64,000 nucleotides of DNA from the human T2T-CHM13v2.0 reference genome, Homo sapiens: assembly GCF_009914755.1 (NCBI RefSeq), contig NC_060929.1. One strand, given 5' to 3'. A model generated the notes under the pieces. The model made no database searches. It was not told the origin of the DNA and worked only from the letters and a program-made list of their open reading frames with translations. Positions within the stretch are counted from its first letter, which is position 1, and every line of letters starts with the position of its first letter. The position numbers and the translations under genes are program-made. Below are positions 1 to 12,833 of this stretch, piece after piece.

Positions 1-168
1 AGGTAGAAAAGGAAATATCTTCCTATAAAAACTAGACAGAATGATTCTCAGAAACTCCTTTGTGATGTGTGTGTTCAACTCACAGAGTTTAACCTTTCTT
101 TTCATAGAGCAGTTAGGAATCACTCTGTTTGTATAGTCTGCAAGTGGATATTCAGACCTCTTTGAGGC

Positions 169-185
169 CTTCGTTGGAAACGGGT
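169..185 (+). promoter_or_regulatory. CENP-B box (first copy; recurs every ~340 bp, about 188 positions expected from 64000/340)
   Basis: CTTCGTTGGAAACGGGT fits the 17-bp box with core nTTCGnnnnAnnCGGGn. Dimers A and B carry ...CGGGA (e.g. 848-864); dimers C-F carry ...CGGGT. Confidence 0.97.
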
Positions 186-1014
186 TTTTTTCATATAAGG
201 CTAGACAGAAGAATTCTCAGTAACTTCCTTGTGTTGTGTGTATTCAACTCACAGAGTTGAACGATCCTTTACACAGAGCAGACTTGAAACACTCTTTTTG
301 TGGAATTTGCAAGTGGAGATTTCAAGCGCTTTGAGGCCAAAGGCAGAAAAGGAAATATCTTCGTATAAAAACTAGACAGAATCATTCTCAGAAACTGCTC
401 TGCGATGTGTGCGTTCAACTCTCAGAGTTTAACTTTTCTTTTCATTCAGCAGTTTGGAAACACTCTGTTTGTAAAGTCTGCACGTGGATAATTTGACCAC
501 TTAGAGGCCTTCGTTGGAAACGGGTTTTTTTCCTGTAAGGCTAGACAGAAGAATTCCCAGTAACTTCCTTGTGTTGTGTACATTCAACTCACAGAGTTGA
601 ACGTTCCCTTAGACAGAGCAGATTTGAAACACTCTTTTTGTGCAATTGGCAAGTGGAGATTTCAAGCGCTTTGAGGTCAATGGCAGAAAAGGAAATATCT
701 TCGTTTCAAAACTAGACAGAATCATTCCCACAAACTGCGTTGTGATGTGTTCGTTCATCTCACAGAGTTTAACCTTTCTTTTCGTAGAGCAGTTAGGAAA
801 CAGTCTGTTTGTAAATTCTGTAAGTGGATATTCTGACATCTTGTGGCCTTCGTTGGAAACGGGATTTCTTCATATTCTGCTAGACAGAAGAATTCTCAGA
901 ATCTTCCTTGTGTTGTGTGTATTCAACTCACACAGTTGAACGATTGTTTACACAGAGCAGATTTGAAACACTCTTTTTGTGGAATTTGCAAGTGGAGATT
1001 TCAGCCGCTTTGAG

Positions 1015-1033
1015 GTCAATGGTAGAAAAGGAA
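1015..1033 (+). promoter_or_regulatory. pJ-alpha/A-box-type motif of the non-CENP-B monomer (representative copy; recurs every ~340 bp)
   Basis: GTCAATGGTAGAAAAGGAA occupies the position homologous to the CENP-B box in alternate monomers. Variants: CCAAAGGCAGAAAAGGAA (D/F), TCAAAGGTAGAAAAGGAA (E). Function is poorly established. Confidence 0.7.
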
Positions 1034-1600
1034 ATATCTTCGTATAAAAACTAGACAGAATGATTCTCAGAAACTTCTTTGTGATGTGTGCGTTCAACTC
1101 ACAGAGTTTAACCTTTCTTTTCATAGAGCAGTTAGGAAACACTCTGTTTGTAAACTCTGCAAGTGGATATTCAGACCTCTTTGAGGCCTTCGTTGGAAAC
1201 GGGATTTCTTCATACTGTGCTAGACAGAAGAATTCTCAGTAACTTCCTTGTGTTGTGTGTATTCAACTCACAGAGTTGAACGATCCTTTACACAGAGCAG
1301 ACTTGAAACGCTCTTTTTGTGGAATTTGCAAGTGGAGATTTCAGCCGCGTTGAGGTCAATGGTAGAAAAGGAAATATCTTCGTATAAAAACTAGACAGAA
1401 TGATTCTCAGAAACTCCTTTGTGATGTGTGTGTTCAACTCACAGAGTTTAACCTTTCTTTTCATAGAGCAGTTAGGAAACACTCTGTTTGTAAAGTCTGC
1501 AAGTGGATATTCAGACCTCTTTGAGGCCTTCGTTGGAAACGGGTTTTTTTCATATAAGGCTAGACAGAAGGATTCCCAGTAACTTCCTTGTGTTGTGTGT

Positions 1601-1621
1601 GTTCAACTCACAGAGTTGAAC
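1601..1621. other. Short inverted repeat (potential hairpin/cruciform), representative of one per dimer
   Basis: GTTCAACTC-ACA-GAGTTGAAC: perfect 9-bp stem with 3-nt loop. 8-bp (TTCAACTC/GAGTTGAA) and 7-bp (TTCAACT-CACAC-AGTTGAA) versions occur at the other dimer junctions. Confidence 0.8.
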
Positions 1622-4600
1622 TTTCATTTACACAGAGCAGATTTGAAACACTCTTTTTGTGGAATTTGCAAGTGGAGATTTCAAGCGCTGTGAGGCCAAA
1701 GGCAGAAAAGGAAATATCTTCGTATAAAAACTAGACAGAATCATTCTCAGAAACTGCTCTGTGATGTGTGCGTTCAACTCTCAGAGTTTAACTTTTCTTT
1801 TCATTCAGCAGTTTGGAAACACTCTGTTTGTAAAGTCTGCACGTGGATAATTTGACCACTTAGAGGCCTTCGTTGGAAACGGGTTTTTTTCATGTAAGGC
1901 TAGACAGAAGAATTCTCAGTAACTTCCTTGTGTTGTGTGTATTCAACTCACACAGTTGAACGATCCTTTACACAGAGCAGACTTGTAACACTCTTTTTGT
2001 GGAATTTGCAAGTGGAGATTTCAGCCGCTTTGAAGTCAAAGGTAGAAAAGGAAATATCTTCCTATAAAAAATAGACAGAATGATTCTCAGAAACTCCTTT
2101 GTGATGTGTGCGTTCAACTCACAGAGTTTAACCTTTCTTTTCATAGAGCAGTTAGGAAACACTCTGCTTGTAAAGTCTGCAAGTGGATATTCAGCCCTCT
2201 TTGAGGCCTTCGTTGGAAACGGGTTTTTTTCATATAAGGCTAGACAGAAGAATTCCCAGTAACTTCCTTGTGTTGTGTACATTCAACTCACAGAGTTGAA
2301 CTTTGATTTACACAGAGCAGATTTGAAACACTCTTTTTGTGGAATTTGCAAGTGGAGATTTCAAGCGCTTTGAGGCCAAAGGCAGAAAAGGAAATATCTT
2401 CGTATAAAAACTAGACAGAATCATTCTCAGAAACTGCTCTGCGATGTGTGCGTTCAACTCTCAGAGTTTAACTTTTCTTCTCATTCAGCAGTTTGGAAAC
2501 ACTCTGTTTGTAAAGTCTGCACGTGGATATTTTGACCACTTAGAGGCCTTCGTTGGAAACGGGTTTTTTTCCTGTAAGGCTAGACAGAAGAATTCCCAGT
2601 AACTTCCTTGTGTTGTGTACATTCAACTCACAGAGTTGAACGTTCCCTTAGACAGAGCAGATTTGAAACACTCTTTTTGTGCAATTGGCAAGTGGAGATT
2701 TCAAGCGCTTTAAGGTCAATGGCAGAAAAGGAAATATCTTCGTTTCAAAACTAGACAGAATCATTCCCACAAACTGCGTTGTGATGTGTTCGTTCATCTC
2801 ACAGAGTTTAACCTTTCTTTTCGTAGAGCAGTTAGGAAACAGTCTGTTTGTAAATTCTGTAAGTGGATATTCTGACATCTTGTGGCCTTCGTTGGAAACG
2901 GGATTTCTTCATATTCTGCTAGACAGAAGAATTCTCAGAATCTTCCTTGTGTTGTGTGTATTCAACTCACACAGTTGAACGATTGTTTACACAGAGCAGA
3001 TTTGAAACACTCTTTTTGTGGAATTTGCAAGTGGAGATTTCAGCCGCTTTGAGGTCCATGGTAGAAAAGGAAATATCTTCGTATAAAAACTAGACAGAAT
3101 GATTCTCAGAAACTTCTTTGTGATGTGTGCGTTCAACTCACAGAGTTTAACCTTTCTTTTCATAGAGCAGTTAGGAAACACTCTGTTTGTAAACTCTGCA
3201 AGTGGATATTCAGACCTCTTTGAGGCCTTCGTTGGAAACGGGATTTCTTCATACTGTGCTAGACAGAAGAATTCTCAGTAACTTCCTTGTGTTGTGTGTA
3301 TTCAACTCACAGAGTTGAACGATCCTTTACACAGAGCAGACTTGAAACGCTCTTTTTGTGGAATTTGCAAGTGGAGATTTCAGCCGCGTTGAGGTCAATG
3401 GTAGAAAAGGAAATATCTTCGTATAAAAACTAGACAGAATGATTCTCAGAAACTCCTTTGTGATGTGTGTGTTCAACTCACAGAGTTTAACCTTTCTTTT
3501 CATAGAGCAGTTAGGAATCACTCTGTTTGTAAAGTCTGCAAGTGGATATTCAGACCTCTTTGAGGCCTTCGTTGGAAACGGGTTTTTTTCATATAAGGCT
3601 AGACAGAAGAATTCCCAGTAACTTCCTTGTGTTGTGTGTGTTCAACTCACAGAGTTGAACTTTCATTTACACAGAGCAGATTTGAAACACTCTTTTTGTG
3701 GAATTTGCAAATGGAGATTTCAAGCGCTTTGAGGTCAAAGGCAGAAAAGGAAATATCTTCGTATAAAAACTAGACAGAATCATTCTCAGAAACTGCTCTG
3801 CGATGTGTGCGTTCAACTCTCAGAGTTTAACTTTGCTTTTCATTCAGCAGTTTGGAAACACTCTGTTTGTAAAGTCTGCACGTGGATAATTTGACCACTT
3901 AGAGGCCTTCGTTGGAAACGGGTTTTTTTCATGTAAGGCTAGACAGAAGAATTCTCAGTAACTTCCTTGTGTTGTGTGTATTCAACTCACACAGTTGAAC
4001 GATCCTTTACACAGAGCAGACTTGTAACACTCTTTTTGTGGAATTTGCAAGTGGAGATTTCAGCCGCTTTGAAGTCAAAGGTAGAAAAGGAAATATCTTC
4101 CTATAAAAACTAGACAGAATGATTCTCAGAAACTCCTTTGTGATGTGTGCGTTCAACTCACAGAGTTTAACCTTTCTTTTCATAGAGCAGTTAGGAAACA
4201 CTCTGTTTGTAAAGTCTCCAAGTGGATATTCAGACCTCTTTGAGGCCTTCGTTGGAAACGGGTTTTTTTCATATAAGGCTAGACAGAAGAATTCCCAGTA
4301 ACTTCCTTGTGTTGTGTGTGTTCAACTCACAGAGTTGAACTTTGATTTACACAGAGCAGATTTGAAACACTCTTTTTGTGGAATTTGCAAGTGGAGATTT
4401 CAAGCGCTTTGAGGCCAAAGGCAGAAAAGGAAATATCTTCGTATAAAAACTAGACAGAATCATTCTCAGAAACTGCTCTGCGATGTGTGCGTTCAACTCT
4501 CAGAGTTTAACTTTTCTTTTCATTCAGCAGTTTGGAAACACTCTGTTTGTAAAGTCTGCACGTGGATATTTTGACCACTTAGAGGCCTTCGTTGGAAACG

Positions 4601-4680
4601 GGTTTTTTTCCTGTAACGCTAGACAGAAGAATTCCCAGTAACTTCCTTGTGTTGTGTACATTCAACTCACAGAGTTGAAC

Positions 4681-7600
4681 GTTCCCTTAGACAGAGCAGA
4701 TTTGAAACACTCTTTTTGTGCAATTGGCAAGTGGAGATTTCAAGCGCTTTGAGGTCAATGGCAGAAAAGGAAATATCTTCGTTTCAAAACTAGACAGAAT
4801 CATTCCCACAAACTGCGTTGTGATGTGTTCGTTCATCTCACAGAGTTTAACCTTTCTTTTCGTAGAGCAGTTAGGAAACAGTCTGTTTGTAAATTCTGTA
4901 AGTGGATATTCTGACATCTTGTGGCCTTCGTTGGAAACGGGATTTCTTCATATTCTGCTAGACAGAAGAATTCTCAGAATCTTCCTTGTGTTGTGTGTAT
5001 TCAACTCACACAGTTGAACGATTGTTTACACAGAGCAGATTTGAAACACTCTTTTTGTGGAATTTGCAAGTGGAGATTTCAGCCGCTTTGAGGTCAATGG
5101 TAGAAAAGGAAATATCTTCGTATAAAAACTAGACAGAATGATTCTCAGAAACTTCTTTGTGATGTGTGCGTTCAACTCACAGAGTTTAACCTTTCTTTTC
5201 ATAGAGCAGTTAGGAAACACTCTGTTTGTAAACTCTGCAAGTGGATATTCAGACCTCTTTGAGGCCTTCGTTGGAAACGGGATTTCTTCATACTGTGCTA
5301 GACAGAAGAATTCTCAGTAACTTCCTTGTGTTGTGTGTATTCAACTCACAGAGTTGAACGATCCTTTACACAGAGCAGACTTGAAACGCTCTTTTTGTGG
5401 AATTTGCAAGTGGAGATTTCAGCCCCGTTGAGGTCAATCGTAGAAAAGGAAATATCTTCGTATAAAAACTAGACAGAATGATTCTCAGAAACTCCTTTGT
5501 GATGTGTGTGTTCAACTCACAGAGTTTAACATTTCTTTTCATAGAGCAGTTAGGAAACACTCTGTTTGTAAAGTCTGCAAGTGGATATTCAGACCTCTTT
5601 GAGGCCTTGGTTGGAAACGGGTTTTTTTCATATAAGGCTAGACAGAAGAATTCCCAGTAACTTCCTTGTGTTGTGTGTGTTCAACTCACAGAGTTGAACT
5701 TTCATTTACACAGAGCAGATTTGAAACACTCTTTTTGTGGAATTTGCAAATGGAGATTTCAAGCGCTTTGAGGCCAAAGGCAGAAAAGGAAATATCTTCG
5801 TATAAAAACTAGACAGAATCATTCTCAGAAACTGCTCTGCGATGTGTGCGTTCAACTCTCAGAGTTTAACTTTGCTTTTCATTCAGCAGTTTGGAAACAC
5901 TCTGTTTGTAAAGTCTGCACGTGGATAATTTGACCACTTAGAGGCCTTCGTTGGAAACGGGTTTTTTTCATGTAAGGCTAGACAGAAGAATTCTCAGTAA
6001 CTTCCTTGTGTTGTGTGTATTCAACTCACACAGTTGAACGATCCTTTACACAGAGCAGACTTGTAACACTCTTTTTGTGGAATTTGCAAGTGGAGATTTC
6101 AGCCGCTTTGAAGTCAAAGGTAGAAAAGGAAATATCTTCCTATAAAAACTAGACAGAATGATTCTCAGAAACTCCTTTGTGATGTGTGCTTTCAACTCAC
6201 AGAGTTTAACCTTTCTTTTCATAGAGCAGTTAGGAAACACTCTGTTTGTAAAGTCTGCAAGTGGATATTCAGACCTCTTTGAGGCCTTCGTTGGAAACGG
6301 GTTTTTTTCATATAAGGCTAGACAGAAGAATTCCCAGTAACTTCCTTGTGTTGTGTGTGTTCAACTCACAGAGTTGAACTTTCATTTACACAGAGCAGAT
6401 TTGAAACACTCTTTTTGTGGAATTTGCAAATGGAGATTTCAAGCGCTTTGAGGCCAAAGGCAGAAAAGGAAATATCTTCGTATAAAAACTAGACAGAATC
6501 ATTCTCAGAAACTGCTCTGCGATGTGTGCGTTCAACTCTCAGAGTTTAACTTTTCTTTTCATTCAGCAGTTTGGAAACACTCTGTTTGTAAAGTCTGCTC
6601 GTGGATAATTTGACCATTTAGAGGCCTTCGTTGGAAACGGGTTTTTTTCATGTAAGGCTAGACAGAAGAATTCTCAGTAACTTCCTTGTGTTGTGTGTAT
6701 TCAACTCACACAGTTGAACGATCCTTTACACAGAGCAGACTTGTAACACTCTTTTTGTGGAATTTGCAAGTGGAGATTTCAGCCGCTTTGAAGTCAAAGG
6801 TAGAAAAGGAAATATCTTCCTATAAAAACTAGACAGAATGATTCTCAGAAACTCCTTTGTGATGTGTGCGTTCAACTCACAGAGTTTAACCTTTCTTTTC
6901 ATAGAGCAGTTAGGAAACACTCTGTTTGTAAAGTCTCCAAGTGGATATTCAGACCTCTTTGAGGCCTTCGTTGGAAACGGGTTTTTTTCATATAAGGCTA
7001 GACAGAAGAATTCCCAGTAACTTCCTTGTGTTGTGTGTGTTCAACTCACAGAGTTGAACTTTGATTTACACAGAGCAGATTTGAAACACTCTTTTTGTGG
7101 AATTTGCAAGTGGAGATTTCAAGCGCTTTGAGGCCAAAGGCAGAAAAGGAAATATCTTCGTATAAAAACTAGACAGAATCATTCTCAGAAACTGCTCTGC
7201 GATGTGTGCGTTCAACTCTCAGAGTTTAACTTTTCTTCTCATTCAGCAGTTTGGAAACACTCTGTTTGTAAAGTCTGCACGTGGATAATTTGACCACTTA
7301 GAGGCCTTCGTTGGAAACGGGTTTTTTTCATGTAAGGCTAGACAGAAGAATTCTCAGTAACTTCCTTGTGTTGTGTGTATTCAACTCACAGAGTTGAACG
7401 ATCCTTTACACAGAGCAGACTTGTAACACTCTTTTTGTGGAATTTGCAAGTGGAGATTTCAGCCGCTTTGAAGTCAAAGGTAGAAAAGGAAATATCTTCC
7501 TATAAAAACTAGACAGAATGATTCTCAGAAACTCCTTTGTGATGTGTGTGTTCAACTCACAGAGTTTAACCTTTCTTTTCATAGAGCAGTTAGGAATCAC

Positions 7601-10600
7601 TCTGTTTGTAAAGTCTGCAAGTGGATATTCAGACCTCTTTGAGGCCTTCGTTGGAAACGGGTTTTTTTCATATAAGGCTAGACAGAAGAATTCCCAGTAA
7701 CTTCCTTGTGTTGTGTGTGTTCAACTCACAGAGTTGAACTTTCATTTACACAGAGCAGATTTGAAACACTCTTTTTGTGGAATTTGCAAATGGAGATTTC
7801 AAGCGCTTTGAGGTCAAAGGCAGAAAAGGAAATATCTTCGTATAAAAACTAGACAGAATCATTCTCAGAAACTGCTCTGCGATGTGTGCGTTCAACTCTC
7901 AGAGTTTAACTTTGCTTTTCATTCAGCAGTTTGGAAACACTCTGTTTGTAAAGTCTGCACGTGGATAATTTGACCACTTAGAGGCCTTCGTTGGAAACGG
8001 GTTTTTTTCATGTAAGGCTAGACAGAAGAATTCTCAGTAACTTCCTTGTGTTGTGTGTATTCAACTCACACAGTTGAACGATCCTTTACACAGAGCAGAC
8101 TTGTAACACTCTTTTTGTGGAATTTGCAAGTGGAGATTTCAGCCGCTTTGAAGTCAAAGGTAGAAAAGGAAATATCTTCCTATAAAAACTAGACAGAATG
8201 ATTCTCAGAAACTCCTTTGTGATGTGTGCGTTCAACTCACAGAGTTTAACCTTTCTTTTCATAGAGCAGTTAGGAAACACTCTGTTTGTAAAGTCTCCAA
8301 GTGGATATTCAGACCTCTTTGAGGCCTTCGTTGGAAACGGGTTTTTTTCATATAAGGCTAGACAGAAGAATTCCCAGTAACTTCCTTGTGTTGTGTGTGT
8401 TCAACTCACAGAGTTGAACTTTGATTTACACAGAGCAGATTTGAAACACTCTTTTTGTGGAATTTGCAAGTGGAGATTTCAAGCGCTTTGAGGCCAAAGG
8501 CAGAAAAGGAAATATCTTCGTATAAAAACTAGACAGAATCATTCTCAGAAACTGCTCTGCGATGTGTGCGTTCAACTCTCAGAGTTTAACTTTTCTTTTC
8601 ATTCAGCAGTTTGGAAACACTCTGTTTGTAAAGTCTGCACGTGGATATTTTGACCACTTAGAGGCCTTCGTTGGAAACGGGTTTTTTTCCTGTAAGGCTA
8701 GACAGAAGAATTCCCAGTAACTTCCTTGTGTTGTGTACATTCAACTCACAGAGTTGAACGTTCCCTTAGACAGAGCAGATTTGAAACACTCTTTTTGTGC
8801 AATTGGCAAGTGGAGATTTCAAGCGCTTTAAGGTCAATGGCAGAAAAGGAAATATCTTCGTTTCAAAACTAGACAGAATCATTCCCACAAACTGCGTTGT
8901 GATGTGTTCGTTCATCTCACAGAGTTTAACCTTTCTTTTCGTAGAGCAGTTAGGAAACAGTCTGTTTGTAAATTCTGTAAGTGGATATTCTGACATCTTG
9001 TGGCCTTCGTTGGAAACGGGATTTCTTCATATTCTGCTAGACAGAAGAATTCTCAGAATCTTCCTTGTGTTGTGTGTATTCAACTCACACAGTTGAACGA
9101 TTGTTTACACAGAGCAGATTTGAAACACTCTTTTTGTGGAATTTGCAAGTGGAGATTTCAGCCGCTTTGAGGTCAATGGTAGAAAAGGAAATATCTTCGT
9201 ATAAAAACTAGACAGAATGATTCTCAGAAACTTCTTTGTGATGTGTGCGTTCAACTCACAGAGTTTAACCTTTCTTTTCATAGAGCAGTTAGGAAACACT
9301 CTGTTTGTAAACTCTGCAAGTGGATATTCAGACCTCTTTGAGGCCTTCGTTGGAAACGGGATTTCTTCATACTGTGCTAGACAGAAGAATTCTCAGTAAC
9401 TTCCTTGTGTTGTGTGTATTCAACTCACAGAGTTGAACGATCCTTTACACAGAGCAGACTTGAAACACTCTTTTTGTGGAATTTGCAAGTGGAGATTTCA
9501 GCCCCGTTGAGGTCAATCGTAGAAAAGGAAATATCTTCGTATAAAAACTAGACAGAATGATTCTCAGAAACTCCTTTGTGATGTGTGTGTTCAACTCACA
9601 GAGTTTAACATTTCTTTTCATAGAGCCGTTAGGAAACACTCTGTTTGTAAAGTCTGCAAGTGGATATTCAGACATCTTTGAGGCCTTCGTTGGAAACGGG
9701 TTTTTTTCATATAAGGCTAGACAGAAGAATTCCCAGTAACTTCCTTGTGTTGTGTGTGTTCAACTCACAGAGTTGAACTTTCATTTACACAGAGCAGATT
9801 TGAAACACTCTTTTTGTGGAATTTGCAAATGGAGATTTCAAGCGCTTTGAGGCCAAAGGCAGAAAAGGAAATATCTTCGTATAAAAACTAGACAGAATCA
9901 TTCTCAGTAACTGCTCTGCGATGTGTGCGTTCAACTCTCAGAGTTTAACTTTGCTTTTCATTCAGCAGTTTGGAAACACTCTGTTTGTAAAGTCTGCACG
10001 TGGATAATTTGACCACTTAGAGGCCTTCGTTGGAAACGGGTTTTTTTCATGTAAGGCTAGACAGAAGAATTCTCAGTAACTTCCTTGTGTTGTGTGTATT
10101 CAACTCACACAGTTGAACGATCCTTTACACAGAGCAGACTTGTAACACTCTTTTTGTGGAATTTGCAAGTGGAGATTTCAGCCGCTTTGAAGTCAAAGGT
10201 AGAAAAGGAAATATCTTCCTATAAAAACTAGACAGAATGATTCTCAGAAACTCCTTTGTGATGTGTGCTTTCAACTCACAGAGTTTAACCTTTCTTTTCA
10301 TAGAGCAGTTAGGAAACACTCTGTTTGTAAAGTCTGCAAGTGGATATTCAGACCTCTTTGAGGCCTTCGTTGGAAACGGGTTTTTTTCATATAAGGCTAG
10401 ACAGAAGAATTCCCAGTAACTTCCTTGTGTTGTGTGTGTTCAACTCACAGAGTTGAACTTTCATTTACACAGAGCAGATTTGAAACACTCTTTTTGTGGA
10501 ATTTGCAAATGGAGATTTCAAGCGCTTTGAGGCCAAAGGCAGAAAAGGAAATATCTTCGTATAAAAACTAGACAGAATCATTCTCAGAAACTGCTCTGCG

Positions 10601-12833
10601 ATGTGTGCGTTCAACTCTCAGAGTTTAACTTTGCTTTTCATTCAGCAGTTTGGAAACACTCTGTTTGTAAAGTCTGCACGTGGATAATTTGACCACTTAG
10701 AGGCCTTCGTTGGAAACGGGTTTTTTTCATGTAAGGCTAGACAGAAGAATTCTCAGTAACTTCCTTGTGTTGTGTGTATTCAACTCACACAGTTGAACGA
10801 TCCTTTACACAGAGCAGACTTGTAACACTCTTTTTGTGGAATTTGCAAGTGGAGATTTCAGCCGCTTTGAAGTCAAAGGTAGAAAAGGAAATATCTTCCT
10901 ATAAAAACTAGACAGAATGATTCTCAGAAACTCCTTTGTGATGTGTGCGTTCAACTCACAGAGTTTAACCTTTCTTTTCATAGAGCAGTTAGGAAACACT
11001 CTGTTTGTAAAGTCTCCAAGTGGATATTCAGACCTCTTTGAGGCCTTCGTTGGAAACGGGTTTTTTTCATATAAGGCTAGACAGAAGAATTCCCAGTAAC
11101 TTCCTTGTGTTGTGTGTGTTCAACTCACAGAGTTGAACTTTGATTTACACAGAGCAGATTTGAAACACTCTTTTTGTGGAATTTGCAAGTGGAGATTTCA
11201 AGCGCTTTGAGGCCAAAGGCAGAAAAGGAAATATCTTCGTATAAAAACTAGACAGAATCATTCTCAGAAACTGCTCTGCGATGTGTGCGTTCAACTCTCA
11301 GAGTTTAACTTTTCTTCTCATTCAGCAGTTTGGAAACACTCTGTTTGTAAAGTCTGCACGTGGATAATTTGACCACTTAGAGGCCTTCGTTGGAAACGGG
11401 TTTTTTTCATGTAAGGCTAGACAGAAGAATTCTCAGTAACTTCCTTGTGTTGTGTGTATTCAACTCACAGAGTTGAACGATCCTTTACACAGAGCAGACT
11501 TGTAACACTCTTTTTGTGGAATTTGCAAGTGGAGATTTCAGCCGCTTTGAAGTCAAAGGTAGAAAAGGAAATATCTTCCTATAAAAACTAGACAGAATGA
11601 TTCTCAGAAACTCCTTTGTGATGTGTGTGTTCAACTCACAGAGTTTAACCTTTCTTTTCATAGAGCAGTTAGGAATCACTCTGTTTGTAAAGTCTGCAAG
11701 TGGATATTCAGACCTCTTTGAGGCCTTCGTTGGAAACGGGTTTTTTTCATATAAGGCTAGACAGAAGAATTCCCAGTAACTTCCTTGTGTTGTGTGTGTT
11801 CAACTCACAGAGTTGAACTTTCATTTACACAGAGCAGATTTGAAACACTCTTTTTGTGGAATTTGCAAATGGAGATTTCAAGCGCTTTGAGGCCAAAGGC
11901 AGAAAAGGAAATATCTTTGTATAAAAACTAGACAGAATCATTCTCAGAAACTGCTCTGCGATGTGTGCGTTCAACTCTCAGAGTTTAACTTTGCTTTTCA
12001 TTCAGCAGTTTGGAAACACTCTGTTTGTAAAGTCTGCACGTGGATAATTTGACCACTTAGAGGCCTTCGTTGGAAACGGGTTTTTTTCATGTAAGGCTAG
12101 ACAGAAGAATTCTCAGTAACTTCCTTGTGTTGTGTGTATTCAACTCACACAGTTGAACGATCCTTTACACAGAGCAGACTTGTAACACTCTTTTTGTGGA
12201 ATTTGCAAGTGGAGATTTCAGCCGCTTTGAAGTCAAAGGTAGAAAAGGAAATATCTTCCTATAAAAACTAGACAGAATGATTCTCAGAAACTCCTTTGTG
12301 ATGTGTGCGTTCAACTCACAGAGTTTAACCTTTCTTTTCATAGAGCAGTTAGGAAACACTCTGTTTGTAAAGTCTCCAAGTGGATATTCAGACCTCTTTG
12401 AGGCCTTCGTTGGAAACGGGTTTTATTCATATAAGGCTAGACAGAAGAATTCCCAGTAACTTCCTTGTGTTGTGTGTGTTCAACTCACAGAGTTGAACTT
12501 TGATTTACACAGAGCAGATTTGAAACACTCTTTTTGTGGAATTTGCAAGTGGAAATTGCAAGCGCTTTGAGGCCAAAGGCAGAAAAGGAAATATCTTCGT
12601 ATAAAAACTAGACAGAATCATTCTCAGAAACTGCTCTGCGATGTGTGCGTTCAACTCTCAGAGTTTAACTTTTCATTCAGCAGTTTGGAAACACTCTGTT
12701 TGTAAAGTCTGCACGTGGATATTTTGACCACTTAGAGGCCTTCGTTGGAAACGGTTTTTTTTCCTGTAAGGCTAGACAGAAGAATTCCCAGTAACTTCCT
12801 TGTGTTGTGTACATTCAACTCAGAGAGTTGAAC
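4681..12833 (+). repeat. Two tandem 24-mer HOR variants (4079 and 4074 bp)
   Basis: A markers at 4681, 8760 and 12834; each unit is AB plus five tetramers; the second carries a 5-bp deletion near 12672. Confidence 0.9.

Larger units (their letters stand above)
603..4680 (+). repeat. Two 12-mer HOR units (ABCDEF, 2039 bp each)
   Basis: Dimer-A marker GTTCCCTTAGAC at 603, 2642 and 4681. A (339 bp): ATTCCCACAAACTGCG. B: ATTGTTTAC..CATACTGTGC. C: CAGCCGCGTTG. D: TTTCATTTAC..GATAATTTG..CATGTAAG. E: CTTGTAACAC..GAAGTCAAAG..CCTATA. F: TTTGATTTAC..GATATTTTG..CCTGTAAG. Confidence 0.92.

Noticed and set aside
181-200. GGG followed by T7, resembling an intrinsic or Pol III terminator
   Set aside because: It is the flank of the CENP-B box in C-F dimers, with no upstream GC-rich stem or recognisable transcription unit.
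481-486. CACGTG E-box in D/F dimers
   Set aside because: A 6-bp motif propagated passively with the repeat; the sequence gives no evidence of function.
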